A stretch of DNA of 64,000 bases from a virus: the IMG/VR virus record IMGVR_UViG_3300025715_000001, one strand, 5' to 3'. Of this stretch, positions 43,046-54,665 are shown in pieces (within the stretch, counting starts at the first letter, position 1; each line of letters opens with the position of its first letter). The notes below the pieces were generated by a model, which saw only the letters and a program-made list of their open reading frames with translations, ran no database searches and had not been told where the DNA came from. Both the position numbers and the translations under genes were made by a program.

Positions 43046-43540
43046 ATGCCCAACTATACGAGTCTCGCTACCACGACGACCGTGATCCGTCATGCAACGG
43101 CCAATCGCGCCTGGAGTAAGGGCAAGATCGCCAAACATGCCACCAATCACGAAAACGTCAAAACAACGGCGGCGGTTAATTTCTCCATTGCCGGGGTGAC
43201 GTATCAAAAGGGCGCGACCGGCGAGTTTGACCTGTCGGCCCTGAGCTGCATCACCGAAACGGGCGCAGCGGATACGCTCACGGCTCAGGCCACGGCGACC
43301 GACCGGGCGTATTTGTTGGTCCTGAATGCGGCGGGCACCGCCAAAATCATTCAGGGTACGGCGGTGGCGACGGGCGGAACCTGTGTCTGTCCGGGCTGCC
43401 CGGAGAGTTACGCGCCGTTTGCGGCCCTCAAAGTCGCCAACGCCAGCGGTAGTAATTTTACGCTGGGCACCACGGCGCTCAACGCCGCCAACGTCACCAC
43501 GACCTACGTGGATGTGTCGCTGGCCCCGGCCACTCTGTAA
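43046..43540 (+). CDS. 164-aa capsid-module paralog 3
   Basis: Shares identical DNA tracts with paralog 2. Confidence 0.55.
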   Translation: MPNYTSLATTTTVIRHATANRAWSKGKIAKHATNHENVKTTAAVNFSIAGVTYQKGATGEFDLSALSCITETGAADTLTAQATATDRAYLLVLNAAGTAKIIQGTAVATGGTCVCPGCPESYAPFAALKVANASGSNFTLGTTALNAANVTTTYVDVSLAPATL

Positions 43541-43591
43541 TCCCACTCCCGCCCTGCGCCTCATCGCCCAGGGCGGGACGAGGCCCTGCTG

Positions 43592-43897
43592 ATGACGATT
43601 CGGATTGGATTTGACGCGACCGCCACCCATAAGCTGGTGTCCGTGACGGCGGCGGAAGCGGTTGCGCTGTACCCCGGCAACAACGACAAACTGCCCTGGC
43701 CGATCACTATACGGGCTAAACCAGGCGCCGGCGGAACGTTGTTGGTGGAGTATCAGGTTGAGCCGAATGACGACTGGACCGCCTGGCCGGACGGCACCGT
43801 GGCGGTAGCAACTGTGGCGGTCATGGCTGGCCCGATGTACGCATTGCGGTTTACCGCCGCTGCGGCTACGGGCACGATCGCACTAAATCATGACTAA
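43592..43897 (+). CDS. hypothetical structural-module protein
   Basis: 101-aa ORF. Confidence 0.45.
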   Translation: MTIRIGFDATATHKLVSVTAAEAVALYPGNNDKLPWPITIRAKPGAGGTLLVEYQVEPNDDWTAWPDGTVAVATVAVMAGPMYALRFTAAAATGTIALNHD

Positions 43898-43910
43898 TTT
43901 TGGAGGTTCC

Positions 43911-44255
43911 ATGGCAACATCACAAACTGTACCGACTGCGCCCGACAAGGGCGTGCTGCTCAATGCCCGGCCCGACGTGGACGAAAGGGACCCTCATGAG
44001 GTGCTGCGCAAAGCGCCCAAGGTGAAGATCAAGATCCATCGTACCGGGGCGGGGCCGGAAAGCGATGACGTGTATGTCGGCGTGAACGGCGTCGGGTTCC
44101 AGATCAAACGCGGCGTCGAGGTCGAAGTGCCGGAGCCGGTCATGAAAAATCTGGAAGACGCGATTCAGACCGTGTACCACAAGGCCGTTGTGGACGGGAA
44201 AGAAGTGCTGGTGCCCAGTCAGGTCCCGGCCTATCCCTTTACCCGGCTGAATTGA
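43911..44255 (+). CDS. hypothetical structural-module protein
   Basis: GGAGG SD, then the ATG at 43911. Confidence 0.45.
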   Translation: MATSQTVPTAPDKGVLLNARPDVDERDPHEVLRKAPKVKIKIHRTGAGPESDDVYVGVNGVGFQIKRGVEVEVPEPVMKNLEDAIQTVYHKAVVDGKEVLVPSQVPAYPFTRLN

Positions 44256-44264
44256 GCATCCCTC

Positions 44265-45389
44265 ATGGCCGTCTATGCGCTGGAGGTCATCGCTGCGGCT
44301 CGCGACCGGCTGGACGATTACGGCGGTGATACCGGCACGACGCCAGCGGGGTACTATGCCTACTGGCAATACAGCGATGCCGGGTGTTTATGGCGCAATA
44401 CTGAACTCACCCGGTATCTGCACCAGACCCTGCGTGACCTGGGCCAGCGGCAGCCGCTGCTGGACGATACCCGCGCCCGGTATACGATGACGCTGGTGGC
44501 GGGAACGCGCCAGTATGCGGTGCCAGCAGAGATTGTTCGGATTGAATCCGTGATCCGCGCCTCGGACGGTGAACCGCTCGCCAAAGCGACCGTGCCTGAA
44601 ATGCAAGCGGTCGCCAAATGGCATCGCCATCAGCGCGAACTGCTGGCGGATGACTGGCGCTCCAGCGCGGACAACTACCCGACGCATTATCTGCTGGATG
44701 AGAAACACGGGTATTTGACGGTCTACCCGACGCCCTCCGCCGATTACCTGGATACGCTCTATCTGGTGGTCCGGCGCACCTTTTTGACCGAGGTAGACTG
44801 GACGACGCTGGCGCATCAATCCACCACCGGCGCGGAGTTACTCACGTCGGCGGGTTGGACGGTGGGCACGGGCTGGGCGGAGTCGCCCGACGATACGTTC
44901 ACCCACAGCAGCGGCACAGCGGCCCTGAGCCATTCCGCCACGATCACCGCCAGCACGGCCTATCGGTTGACGCTGACCGTGACCGGGTGCACGGCGGGCA
45001 GTTGCACCGTCGCCGTAGGCGGCCAGACCGTGACCGGCATCACTGCCAGCAGTACGTTGACCCTGACCGCGACCACGACCGGCGCGTTCACAGTGACGCC
45101 GACCACGGATTTCAACGGCGTCTGCGCGTTCAGCCTGCTGGCCGTGGCGGCACTGACCGCTCTTGCGGATATTCCCGATCATGCGTTTGACGCGCTGGTT
45201 GCCGGGGTGTGTGCGCGAGCCTATCTCAAGCGCGATGCGGACACTCATTCGCCGCAACTGGCGGCGCAGTGCGAAGCGGAATTCACCCGCTATGCCGGCC
45301 CGCCGCGCAGCTTCCTGAATCAGGAGGCGGACGCCCGCTGGGCGGATAACCCGGAAGCGATCACGCCCCGGACCTGGCTGGCACGGTGA
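44265..45389 (+). CDS. hypothetical structural protein with a Thr/Ala-rich beta-type insert
   Basis: 374-aa ORF. Confidence 0.5.
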   Translation: MAVYALEVIAAARDRLDDYGGDTGTTPAGYYAYWQYSDAGCLWRNTELTRYLHQTLRDLGQRQPLLDDTRARYTMTLVAGTRQYAVPAEIVRIESVIRASDGEPLAKATVPEMQAVAKWHRHQRELLADDWRSSADNYPTHYLLDEKHGYLTVYPTPSADYLDTLYLVVRRTFLTEVDWTTLAHQSTTGAELLTSAGWTVGTGWAESPDDTFTHSSGTAALSHSATITASTAYRLTLTVTGCTAGSCTVAVGGQTVTGITASSTLTLTATTTGAFTVTPTTDFNGVCAFSLLAVAALTALADIPDHAFDALVAGVCARAYLKRDADTHSPQLAAQCEAEFTRYAGPPRSFLNQEADARWADNPEAITPRTWLAR

Positions 45390-45412
45390 GCGTGGCAAAT
45401 GGAGAAATGGAC

Positions 45413-45952
45413 ATGAAAAAGATTATTAGTTTGTTCTGCCGTAACTATGACGGAGACCGTCTGGTTAAAGATGAAATTGCCCATGGAGCGGAATGGGTAA
45501 TTGCTGGAGAAGGTAAGGCAACGCGCAAATGGGACGGAACATGTTGCATGGTACGCAATGGGCGGTTGTTTAAGCGTTATGAAGTACATCCTGGCAAGAC
45601 CCCGCCTGTTTATTTTGAGCCGGCAAATACCGTTGATGAAATCACAGGGAAGCAACAAGGATGGCGTCCTGTTAGCGATGGGCCAGAAGACAAGTATCAC
45701 CGGGAAGCATTTACTGGAACTGAGCCAAATGGTACGTATGAATTATGCGGCCCAAAGATACAAAGCAATGTCGAAAATTTCGACAGGCATGTTTTAATTC
45801 CCCATGGAACGCATCCAGTAGATGCGCCGCGCACATTTGGCGAATTGCGTAAATGGTTGGAGACGGCGGGCATTGAAGGAGTTGTATGGCATCACGATGA
45901 TGGGCGCATGGTGAAAATCAAGGCAAAAGATTTTGGATTGCGCCGTAGTTAA
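45413..45952 (+). CDS. ATP-dependent ligase-like nucleotidyltransferase (RNA/DNA-ligase fold)
   Basis: KATRKWDG (KxDG motif I), ELCGPKIQ, EGVVWHH.DGRMVKIKAKDF (motifs IV/V). Lower GC than its neighbours. Confidence 0.5.
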   Translation: MKKIISLFCRNYDGDRLVKDEIAHGAEWVIAGEGKATRKWDGTCCMVRNGRLFKRYEVHPGKTPPVYFEPANTVDEITGKQQGWRPVSDGPEDKYHREAFTGTEPNGTYELCGPKIQSNVENFDRHVLIPHGTHPVDAPRTFGELRKWLETAGIEGVVWHHDDGRMVKIKAKDFGLRRS

Positions 45953-45997
45953 AGATTGCCACGGAAATTTTAAATTTGCATTTGACGGAGCAGTCCC

Positions 45998-48394
45998 ATG
46001 CAACGATCCCTGCACGACTATCTGACGGGCGGCCCAGTACGCGGCCCTGGCACCCCGACCAGTGACAGCATCCTGGCGCGGCTCTCGAACGGCGAGTACG
46101 TCCTGCCCAAGGTGGCCGTGGATCAGGTCGGTGTCGAGAATCTGGAGGCGATCCGGCGCGCGGCACTGGCGAAGACGCCCAAGCTGGCGCTGGGCGGGCC
46201 GATTTCGGGCGGGCTGAATTTCCAGAGCGAAGAACCCACGTCTACCACGTTTTATCCATCCGGCCTCCCAACAGCATCCGCCCCCTCGTTCGGTGATGCG
46301 ATTGGCGGTACAAATACCGGGATCAAACTGGGCGGTTCTCCAGCCGCAACGCCGCCCGGTTCACTGAACTCGTATGGCAACGACATGTCACTGGCCAACC
46401 GGATGAATGCCGGGGCTGAGGCGATGCGCACGATGCGCGAAGGTTCTGCCGCGCCACCCGCCAAGCCCGCTGATGATTTTGCGACGACCCTGGCCAAGGC
46501 CCTGCAAGCCAACGACCCCGCGAAACAGGCCGATGAGGCGCGAAAGGCCGCGCAAGCCAAGGCCGATCCGCTGGACGTGGCAAGTGGACGGTTTGACCGG
46601 GAGTATGCGCCGGGGATGGCGGCGGGCGGGTTGATCAGTCAAAAACAGTGGGAAGGGTTGCCGAGGTTTGCGGAGGGAACTCCTGCTTCTCCAGACGAAG
46701 AAAGTGACGGAGAATTTGATTGGAATCGGGGATTACTCCCCCAAGCGATTGACGCGATTCAGCGAATCCAAACGATCCCGCCAGCCGAACGTACCAGAGC
46801 GCAAAACCTGTTTACCGGGCGGGGACTTTCCGGAAAAGAACAAGAAGCACTCGTTCCGCCTTCTCCGAAACCTACCCCATTATCGCCAACCGGACAGGTG
46901 GTTTCAACACCAATACCATCTGCGGCCCCGCCTGCGCCATCATCGGTTAGCGCGGATGATAGGCAGCGTTATATCGCGTTAGAGGATCAGCTAAAAAAAT
47001 CGGGAGGAACGCCGCCGCCTAGACCTCCTTCAATGATGGGGCCGACAGCAACCCCTACGCCATCGCCAAAAGCGCAGACTGGAGCTGTGACGACGGGCGT
47101 GGCCACATCGCCAGGTTCGGTAACGCCGCCCGCCGTACCCTCCTTTCCCTCACTCATTCCTGGTGGCAGTTGGCAAGACTTGGCGCAGCCCGGCGAATGG
47201 GAACAGACTAAACAAGCTCTGCAAAATCGCAATCCTACTCCCGCCAAGAGCGTGATGCTGCAACCCGGCGCTCGTGATGCTGGCGTCTACGCGCAGCAAG
47301 TCGGCGGGAAGATTCTAGCCAATGGCCCAGGCCCCGGCATCGGCCCACAAGCTGTAGTCGCGGCCCCCTCCCGCCCCATCGGCACTCAGTCGTACACGAC
47401 CGGCCAGCCCTTTGAGCCGTCGCAAGGAACGGCGCCCCCGCCGCCGCTAATGGGGTCCCAGCGGATTATGTCCGGGAATGGTGTTACCGGACCCGTCACC
47501 ACGGGCGGATCCAATGTCCCAATTTACCAGACCGACTACACCGTGTTCGGCCCCAAAGGCCAACAGGGCACACTGTCGGTCACCGGCCCCGATCAGCGCG
47601 TCGGCGGCGGAACCGTGTCGCAACCCGATCAAGGCAACGGCGGGACCGTCGAGGGCAACGTGGCGGCGCTCAATCGCCAGTACGAAGCCGTGAAATCCCG
47701 CAACGAAGCCTATGGCTGGGGTGGCGCTTCCGGTTCCGCATTGCCCGCCGCGCCCGCCTCAGTGGATATGTGGGCGCGTCCCGGTGATTCGTTTGGGGAC
47801 TCCCAGATGCGCCAGGCGCGGTACGAGGGGCTGCTGAAAGACGCTGCCAACCAGAAAGGATTGGGCGCAAAACGCCGCGCTGCCGCGATGATTGATGCGG
47901 CCACCGGGCTGCTCGCCCCCGGCGCGGCAACCGCCAAGCTCAACGCCGAACAACAGCAGGCCGCGAACAGCCTGACCGGGCAACTGGCTCAGGCGCGCGC
48001 TCAGCAAGAGGCGTCCAAGTATGGCGCGGATGTCGGGCTGGCCGGCCACAAATACACGGCAGATGCGAGCTTGGCCGGAGCGCGGCTCAAGGCCGAGCAA
48101 GAGGCCCAGCAAGCAAGCCGTGCTGCCACGCAAAAAGATAACGAAATTTCGATTAGCGCATATCGGGCAAGAACCGAAGCGGATCGCGTCAAAAAAGAAA
48201 TGGCGGGATTATCAACCGCTGAAAAAAATGAGGCTATTTTGCGTTTAGCGGATCGGTTATCGCAGTTACCCCAAAATTCGCCAGAAGCCATAAATATCCG
48301 GACGGTATTGCAGTACCTGCAACCGTCGAGTAATCAAGACGATGCGCTGGCGGCGACAGAGGCACTGATAAAAGCGCAAGCTGCCGCCAAATAA
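45998..48394 (+). CDS. large low-complexity virion protein (internal or ejection-type, inferred)
   Basis: 798 aa, P/A/G/Q-rich. N-terminal GGPVRGPGTPTSDSILARLSNGEYVLP segment. Confidence 0.5.
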   Translation: MQRSLHDYLTGGPVRGPGTPTSDSILARLSNGEYVLPKVAVDQVGVENLEAIRRAALAKTPKLALGGPISGGLNFQSEEPTSTTFYPSGLPTASAPSFGDAIGGTNTGIKLGGSPAATPPGSLNSYGNDMSLANRMNAGAEAMRTMREGSAAPPAKPADDFATTLAKALQANDPAKQADEARKAAQAKADPLDVASGRFDREYAPGMAAGGLISQKQWEGLPRFAEGTPASPDEESDGEFDWNRGLLPQAIDAIQRIQTIPPAERTRAQNLFTGRGLSGKEQEALVPPSPKPTPLSPTGQVVSTPIPSAAPPAPSSVSADDRQRYIALEDQLKKSGGTPPPRPPSMMGPTATPTPSPKAQTGAVTTGVATSPGSVTPPAVPSFPSLIPGGSWQDLAQPGEWEQTKQALQNRNPTPAKSVMLQPGARDAGVYAQQVGGKILANGPGPGIGPQAVVAAPSRPIGTQSYTTGQPFEPSQGTAPPPPLMGSQRIMSGNGVTGPVTTGGSNVPIYQTDYTVFGPKGQQGTLSVTGPDQRVGGGTVSQPDQGNGGTVEGNVAALNRQYEAVKSRNEAYGWGGASGSALPAAPASVDMWARPGDSFGDSQMRQARYEGLLKDAANQKGLGAKRRAAAMIDAATGLLAPGAATAKLNAEQQQAANSLTGQLAQARAQQEASKYGADVGLAGHKYTADASLAGARLKAEQEAQQASRAATQKDNEISISAYRARTEADRVKKEMAGLSTAEKNEAILRLADRLSQLPQNSPEAINIRTVLQYLQPSSNQDDALAATEALIKAQAAAK

Positions 48395-48451
48395 TCATCA
48401 TCAGGCCTGCGGTGATCGCAGTCCGTTTGACACGATAGACAGGATTTGACC

Positions 48452-51400
48452 ATGGCGAATTGGTGGGATGCCCCGTCCGATGAATCGGCGGTTGCTGAAT
48501 CGGCTCCAACCCTGCTGGATACCGCGACCCTGGAGCGACAAGCCCGCCAGGCCCAACTGGCCGAATTGCTCCGCCCCACGCCCACGTCCGCCGAACCGTC
48601 CATCCTGTCGACGCTGGACAGCTACCGCCAAGCCAAAGCCGCTGCCGCGAATCCGCCCCCTGTCATAGCGGCGCCGGCAGTACCAGAAGATGCCAATCGT
48701 TCGCGCACCTGGGGAGAAGTAGGCGGCGACGTACTGGCCGGGTTGGCGCGCGGCGCGACTGGCATCACGCAGGGCATGGCCAATCTGGCCGATCTGGCCA
48801 CGTTCGGTGGCGTCTCGGCACTGACCAAAGCCGGTGGCAGTTTGGCGGATTCGCTGCTCGGCGGTCGCGGCGAAGGCTATACCCTCCAGGAAGCGAATCG
48901 AGAAATCGGACAAGCCATCGAAGGGATGGAATCGGCCCCGCTGCGCCAACAGCGCCAGCAATTCGCACGCACGCTGCAAGAAACCGGAACGCAGGGCGGC
49001 GTATCGGGGGCGCTGGATAAATTCGTCACCGGCGCCAAGGAAACCCTGACCAATCCGATGTTGTTGGGGCAGTTCGCTACTGAACAAGTCCCGATGATCG
49101 CCACGCTGGGCCTGGGCACGATCGGCACAGCAGCCAAGGCTGAAGCGGCGGCCAAAGCGGCGGGGCTGACCGGCCAGGCGGTTCGTGATGCAGGGATTCG
49201 AGCCGCCGAACGGGCGAACATTCTGGCATCAGGCGTGCTGGGTTCCGGGTTTAGCAGTCAGCAAGCAGCGGATGCGATCCTGAATGCGCCCATCGAGGAC
49301 CTGTTCAAGAACGAGCAATACGTCGAGTTAGCCAAGACCCTGGGTGATCGGGGCGCGCGGGCGGAACTGGCGCGCCAGGCCGGGTATCCCGCAGCGGCCA
49401 TCGCGGGACCTCTGTCGGCGCTGGCGGGCCGGATTACGGCACCGCTGGAAACGCGGGCGTTTCTGGGGCAACTCCCCAAGGGGATTACGCCGGCACTGGT
49501 TGCGGGCGGCAAGGAAGGACTGGAAGAAGCCCTGCAAGAACCCAGTGAACAATTCGGCTCGAATGTGGGCGAGCGGTTCGCGGGCATGGACAAATCCCTG
49601 TGGGAGGGCCTCCCGGAAGCAGCGGGCCAAGCCGGCGCTGCCGGTTTTCTGATGGGCTTGGGGTTAGGCGGCGTCAACGTCCTGCAAAATACCCGGTTGG
49701 AAGGCCAGCAAGCCGGCGCCACCGGCGAATATGCTGCCAAGCGCCTCGACCAGTTATCGCTGGCCGGGTTGACGGATGCGGACCTCGATACCGCGATCCA
49801 GCAAACCCAGCAAGTCATCGCCACGCCCAAGCTCCCGCCCGCCTTGCGCGACCGGCTCACCGCAGCGATGGGGCGGCTTAACGGCGATCAGCAGGCGCGC
49901 GCCAATGGCGATGCGCTGCGGCAAGCGTTCGGCGACTATGCGGCGGCTACGGCCCCCGAAGCCTTGGTCGACCTGCCCGCCGATGAGCAAAGCCGGGTTC
50001 TCCAGGAGGCTGCGTTTGGTACGCTGTTCGCGCCCCGCACCCGCAACACCCTGGTCGGGATGAGTGCGCCCGACAAGCTGAATCAGTTGAACGACGCCGA
50101 AATGGCGCAGGCCGGCCAGGTGGCGGTGGATGCGGCAACCCTGCTAGCGCGCGCCAATCAGCCCGAACTGGAACCGGAAATCCGGTCGCTGCTGGACGCC
50201 GCCCGCACCTACAGCGGCGAATTGCACCAGCGCCGGTCTGCCGCCGATTTAGCGAGTGAAGTCACTGGCCCGGACGGCGCGGATCGGGCACGCGCACTGC
50301 TGGACAGCGTGACCCGGATCAACGGCAACGCGCAACAGTTTCTCAGCCCTGAATATCAGCGGGCGACGCTGGCCGACGACCAGTTGCCCCGGCTGCTGGA
50401 GCGCGGCCAAACCCTGCTGCGCCTGGACGCCGATCCCGCCATACCGTTCAATCTCGCGGCGCCGCAACGGGCGGCGCTGACGACGGCGCTGGGCCATTTG
50501 CGCGCGGAACAGGAAAACCGACAAACCGAGGGCTGGCAACAACGCAACCAGACCCTCAGTCAGATCGAAACCCCCAAGGTCAAGGAAGTCGAGGCGGCGC
50601 TGACGCGCAAGGATGTTTCGACCTGGCTGAATGACAAATCGCGCGGCCCGCAGTGGTTGCCGGCGCTGCAAGGGGCGCTGGATCAGGCGGATGCGCGGAT
50701 CGCGTATCGGCAACAGATTGGCGCTACCGAGGCGGATGACTATCAACGCCTGGTCGCCAATCGGGCGCTGCTGCGCCAGAAGATCGAGACGCTGACCGCG
50801 CAAGCGGAGCAGGCGCGCAAAAAAGCGTTCGATGAGGATTGGCGGTTTGCCCCAGGCCAAGCATCCGCCAATGAAGTCACCGACGATCAGGGGCGGGAGT
50901 GGGTCCGCAATAAGGCCGGGCAGTGGGTCCCCAGATCTGCCGACCAGCAGCGGATTCATGATCTGGCCCTGCAACTGGATGCGCAAAACCGGCAACAGGC
51001 CGCTCAATCCGACGTAGCGCCGGATTGGCAACAGCGCCAGCAAGCGATCCTGGATCGGGAAACCGCCTTCCGGGAACAGCAGCAGCAAGCCAGCGAAGAG
51101 CGCCGATTCCAGCAGGATCAACAGCGACTGGAGCAGCAACGCCAGCAGGGGATTCGGCGGGCACAACTGGCCGCCCAGATGGGGCTGTCGCCCGACGAAC
51201 TCTTGCAACTGTCCGAAGTGAATACCCTCCGCGCCCGTGCTGGCCTGCCGTCCCTAACGGCGGCGGAGTTCAAGGCAGTGCGCTCCACGCTCCAGGGATC
51301 GCACCCCGACGGAACGCCGGCGATGACGCAAGAGGAATGGAACGCCGCGACTCGATTTTACCGTTCAGGAAAGAGCAAAAATGCAGAAACGCCATCAGGC

Positions 51401-51614
51401 GAACGAATCATTCTGACATCGGATGTTACGGAAAAAACGTTTAGAGAAAAATCGGCTGAATTTCTCAGAAAAATTCGGAGAAACTATATTGTCAGCGCCA
51501 TCCGCGACGGCAAGCCTGTCCCTCAAGCTGTTCTCGACGACTACCCCGATTTAGCGCCCAAAGCGATAACGCCGGCTTCGCCCGTAACTCCTTCCCCGAC
51601 CCCGGAATCCCCCA
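48452..51614 (+). CDS. module A of the stop-free frame: large virion-type protein with NO in-frame stop in this assembly
   Basis: ATG at 48452 with an AGGA upstream. Protein-like frame-2 translation up to ...DDYPDLAPKAITPASPVTPSPTPESP. One extra C in the C5 run 51609-51613 would create ...ESPQ-TGA overlapping the ATG at 51615. Confidence 0.5.
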
Positions 51615-54600
51615 ATGAGCCTAACGAAGCAAATCGAGAACCATCTACTGAAGCAGGGAGCGCCCTCGGAGTACGCCCAGGCCAAGGCGCGGGCCGTCGC
51701 CTTGCGCTATCAGCCCCCCGCTCGCCCCGCCGCACCGTCGAAGCCCTCGCCGACGCCGGGCGCATCGTCACTATTGACGAAGACGCCGGGCTGATTGAGG
51801 CGGTCGAAGAACAGGTTGATCCTGAAGACCCCAGCCTGATCTTTACCCGGCTGAGCGTCAACCGCGACCGCGCCCAGCAGTTGCTGGTCGAACGGGATGC
51901 GGCGCTGGGGTTGCGCTTCCCCGGCCTGGAACCGGGCCGGCTGGCCGAAGACCTGCAAATCGTTCCGACCTACCGGGAGGCGGCTGATCCTCAACGCGCG
52001 GCGGACACTGAAACCGACGACACCGCCGATGGCAATTGGCGGGTGTCCCTGGCCGGCGAGCCTGAGCGCGCCCACTCGGTTTTGATCCGCGCTGTGCGCG
52101 TGGACGACATCGAGAGCCAAGACCAGACGCTGTACGCGCCTGCCGGCCCGGTCTATCTGGGTCGCGGCAAAAACGAGCGCGACCTGGAAAGCCTCGTGCT
52201 GTACCGGGTAGGCGAGGACGCTACCCTGTACGACTTCCTGGATGCTATCGAACAGGCCAACGCCCGGCTGGTGGTGCGCGCCAGCGCCGAACGCAATCAG
52301 GCGACGCTGGACCGCTATTTTACCACCGCCGACACCCGCGCTCCGGTCTGGGTAGCGAAGGATGCGGATGGCGTGGTGGTGGACTGGTCCATCAGCCGGG
52401 AAGGGCTGCAACGCCGCCAAAGCGATACCGGCGCGACGCTGGAGCGCATGACCAAGCAGGACTGGCAAAGCCGCCAGCAGGACACGCCGATCTTCGAGGA
52501 CATCGCCCAGGCGCTGGAGCGGTTCGGCGCGGACGACGGAACGCTAGAGACCGCGCGGCAGCAGGTGGCCGGCCTCAAGGCGGAACTGGCCTTGTGGCAA
52601 AAGAGCCGCGCCGAAATCCCGGAGTACATGCCGGGCGGGCGGTATCACGTCGGCGTCCAGAAGGGCATCGTCGAACTGGAAAAGAGACTGGCTGAGGCTC
52701 AAGACACCCTGGCCGAAATCACCCTCCAGACCCCGCTGACAGCCCCGGACGGTTATCAGTTCAAGGCTGAGAAGAAAAAGGGAGGGCGCTGGTACAAGTT
52801 CTACTCGCAAGCGCCCAACGACCGGGAATGGAAGCCCATGGACGGCAGCGTTTCGGGATTGGATCCGCAGAATGCGCTGGCCTACCTGCAAGGCATCATC
52901 CAGCAAGAGCATCAGGCGGCTGAGGTAGGATCGGGGTCTGGGGTCGAATCCGAGCCCGCACCAACACCCGCGCTCACCCTGCTGCAAAAAGCCGCGATCA
53001 AGGTGATCTCCGAACAATACTATGGGGATGCGTGGCGGCTGGCGGGGCCGCACAACAAAGAGTTGCGGCGCGATCTTTACCAGAATCTCCTGGATGGTAC
53101 CGGCCAGAAAGCCACCATCGCCAATTCGGGCGTCGGCGCGATTCGAGATCGGTTGGTTGAACTGGCCGGGATCAGTAAAGAAGGCAAGGCGATTGTCGAG
53201 TGGGAAAACGAACTGACCGACTGGATGAAGAACGTGCTGGCGGCCAAGGGACCCGTGCCGGCGCCTCGTCCTGCCCCCACTCCCGCGCCCGCTGAACCCG
53301 TTGCCCAAGAATCGCCGTTAGGGCCGCTCGATGAGGCGCTGGTGCAACGCTGGGAAGCGACGCTAAAAGGTCAGCGCCGCGAAAAAGACCCACAAGCCGT
53401 CATCGCAGCCGCGCAAAAGCAACTGCAAGAACAAATCACTGGATGGAATACAGTACGCGCCGAATCCGACAAAGCATTACAGGATGCGGGAACGCGCCCG
53501 GACGGCAAACCTCGGCAGGTCGCCAATGCGGCGCTGATGAAGCGGTCGAAGAATTTAGCCGATCAGGCGGATAAGCTATTCCAGGAAATCCAGGACACGC
53601 GCGCGTTTATTGCGGCTACTGAGCGGCGGTATGGATTAACCCAACAGCCCGCTCCCGCCCCGCTCACCGAAGCCCAGCAAATCACCGAAGTCGAAGAATT
53701 GCTGTTTGACCAGTTGTTGAGCCAAGTGCCGATGCGTCACATGCTGGCCAACGACACCAATCAGTTGATGGTTGAAGTTGATTTAGTTCGCAAAGAAATC
53801 GGCACTCTGTTGGCGCAATGGATGGTAGAGCAGCTCGACGAGAATCCCAACGCCGACATCGGGGCGACTGTCAACCGAATTTACGAGGACTGGCAGAACG
53901 CCGACTACGCCGAGCGGATGACACGCCAACTCATCGCCACCGCCAAGACGATGCGGCAGACGGCGGCGACGGTCCCCGCCGCCCCCACTACCGTCGAAAC
54001 GCCCATTGGCCCCGCCCAAGCCAGACCGGCTGGGCCTGGAGTAACGGCGATTGAGCTGCCCGTGGGCGCAGCGACCCCGGCCCCGACGCCTGCGGCTCCA
54101 CCAGCCCGTCCTGCAGACTACGGCAAGGGCAACACCATCTTTACCGAAGACGCTGCCGCCAAGGCGCGCGAGTTGCTCAAGCGCAAGCTGGGGCAACTGA
54201 ACGCGGGGCTGGATCCGGAACTGATTCAGGCCGGCATCACCCTGGCCGGCTATCACATGGAAGCCGGCGCGCGGGCGTTTGCCGATTACGCCAAAGCGAT
54301 GATTAGCGACCTCGGCGAAGCGGCGCGTCCGTTCCTGCGCTCGTTTTATGAAGGCGTCCGCCATTATCCGGGCTTCGACAAGACGGGATTGACGCGGTCG
54401 AATGACTTGGATTACTCCGAGAAGTGGGAGATTTGGCCCGGCGATACGTTCAGGATCAAGGGCCAGAACAAGACGGTAGCCTGGCTGAATGAGCATCGCG
54501 TGTATTTTGAGGACGGCACTGAAGTTTCCGCTATCAATCTGGCGTCGGCCAAGCCCGATTGGGAATTGGTAGCCCGCGTCGGCGCAATGCCGCAGGAAGC

Positions 54601-54653
54601 GGCGCCAATAACCCCGAATTATGGTATACTCTCTACGGAATCTCCTGCATTAA
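51615..54653 (+). CDS. module B: starts in frame 0 (MSLTKQIENHLLKQGAPSEYAQAKARAVALRYQ) and continues in frame 2 after the C6 run; no in-frame stop
   Basis: GC3 and residue composition favour frame 0 for 51615-~51713 and frame 2 from ~51734 (TVEALADAGRIVTIDEDAGL...). The end coordinate is nominal. Confidence 0.4.
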
Positions 54654-54665
54654 AGGAGGAAAGCC

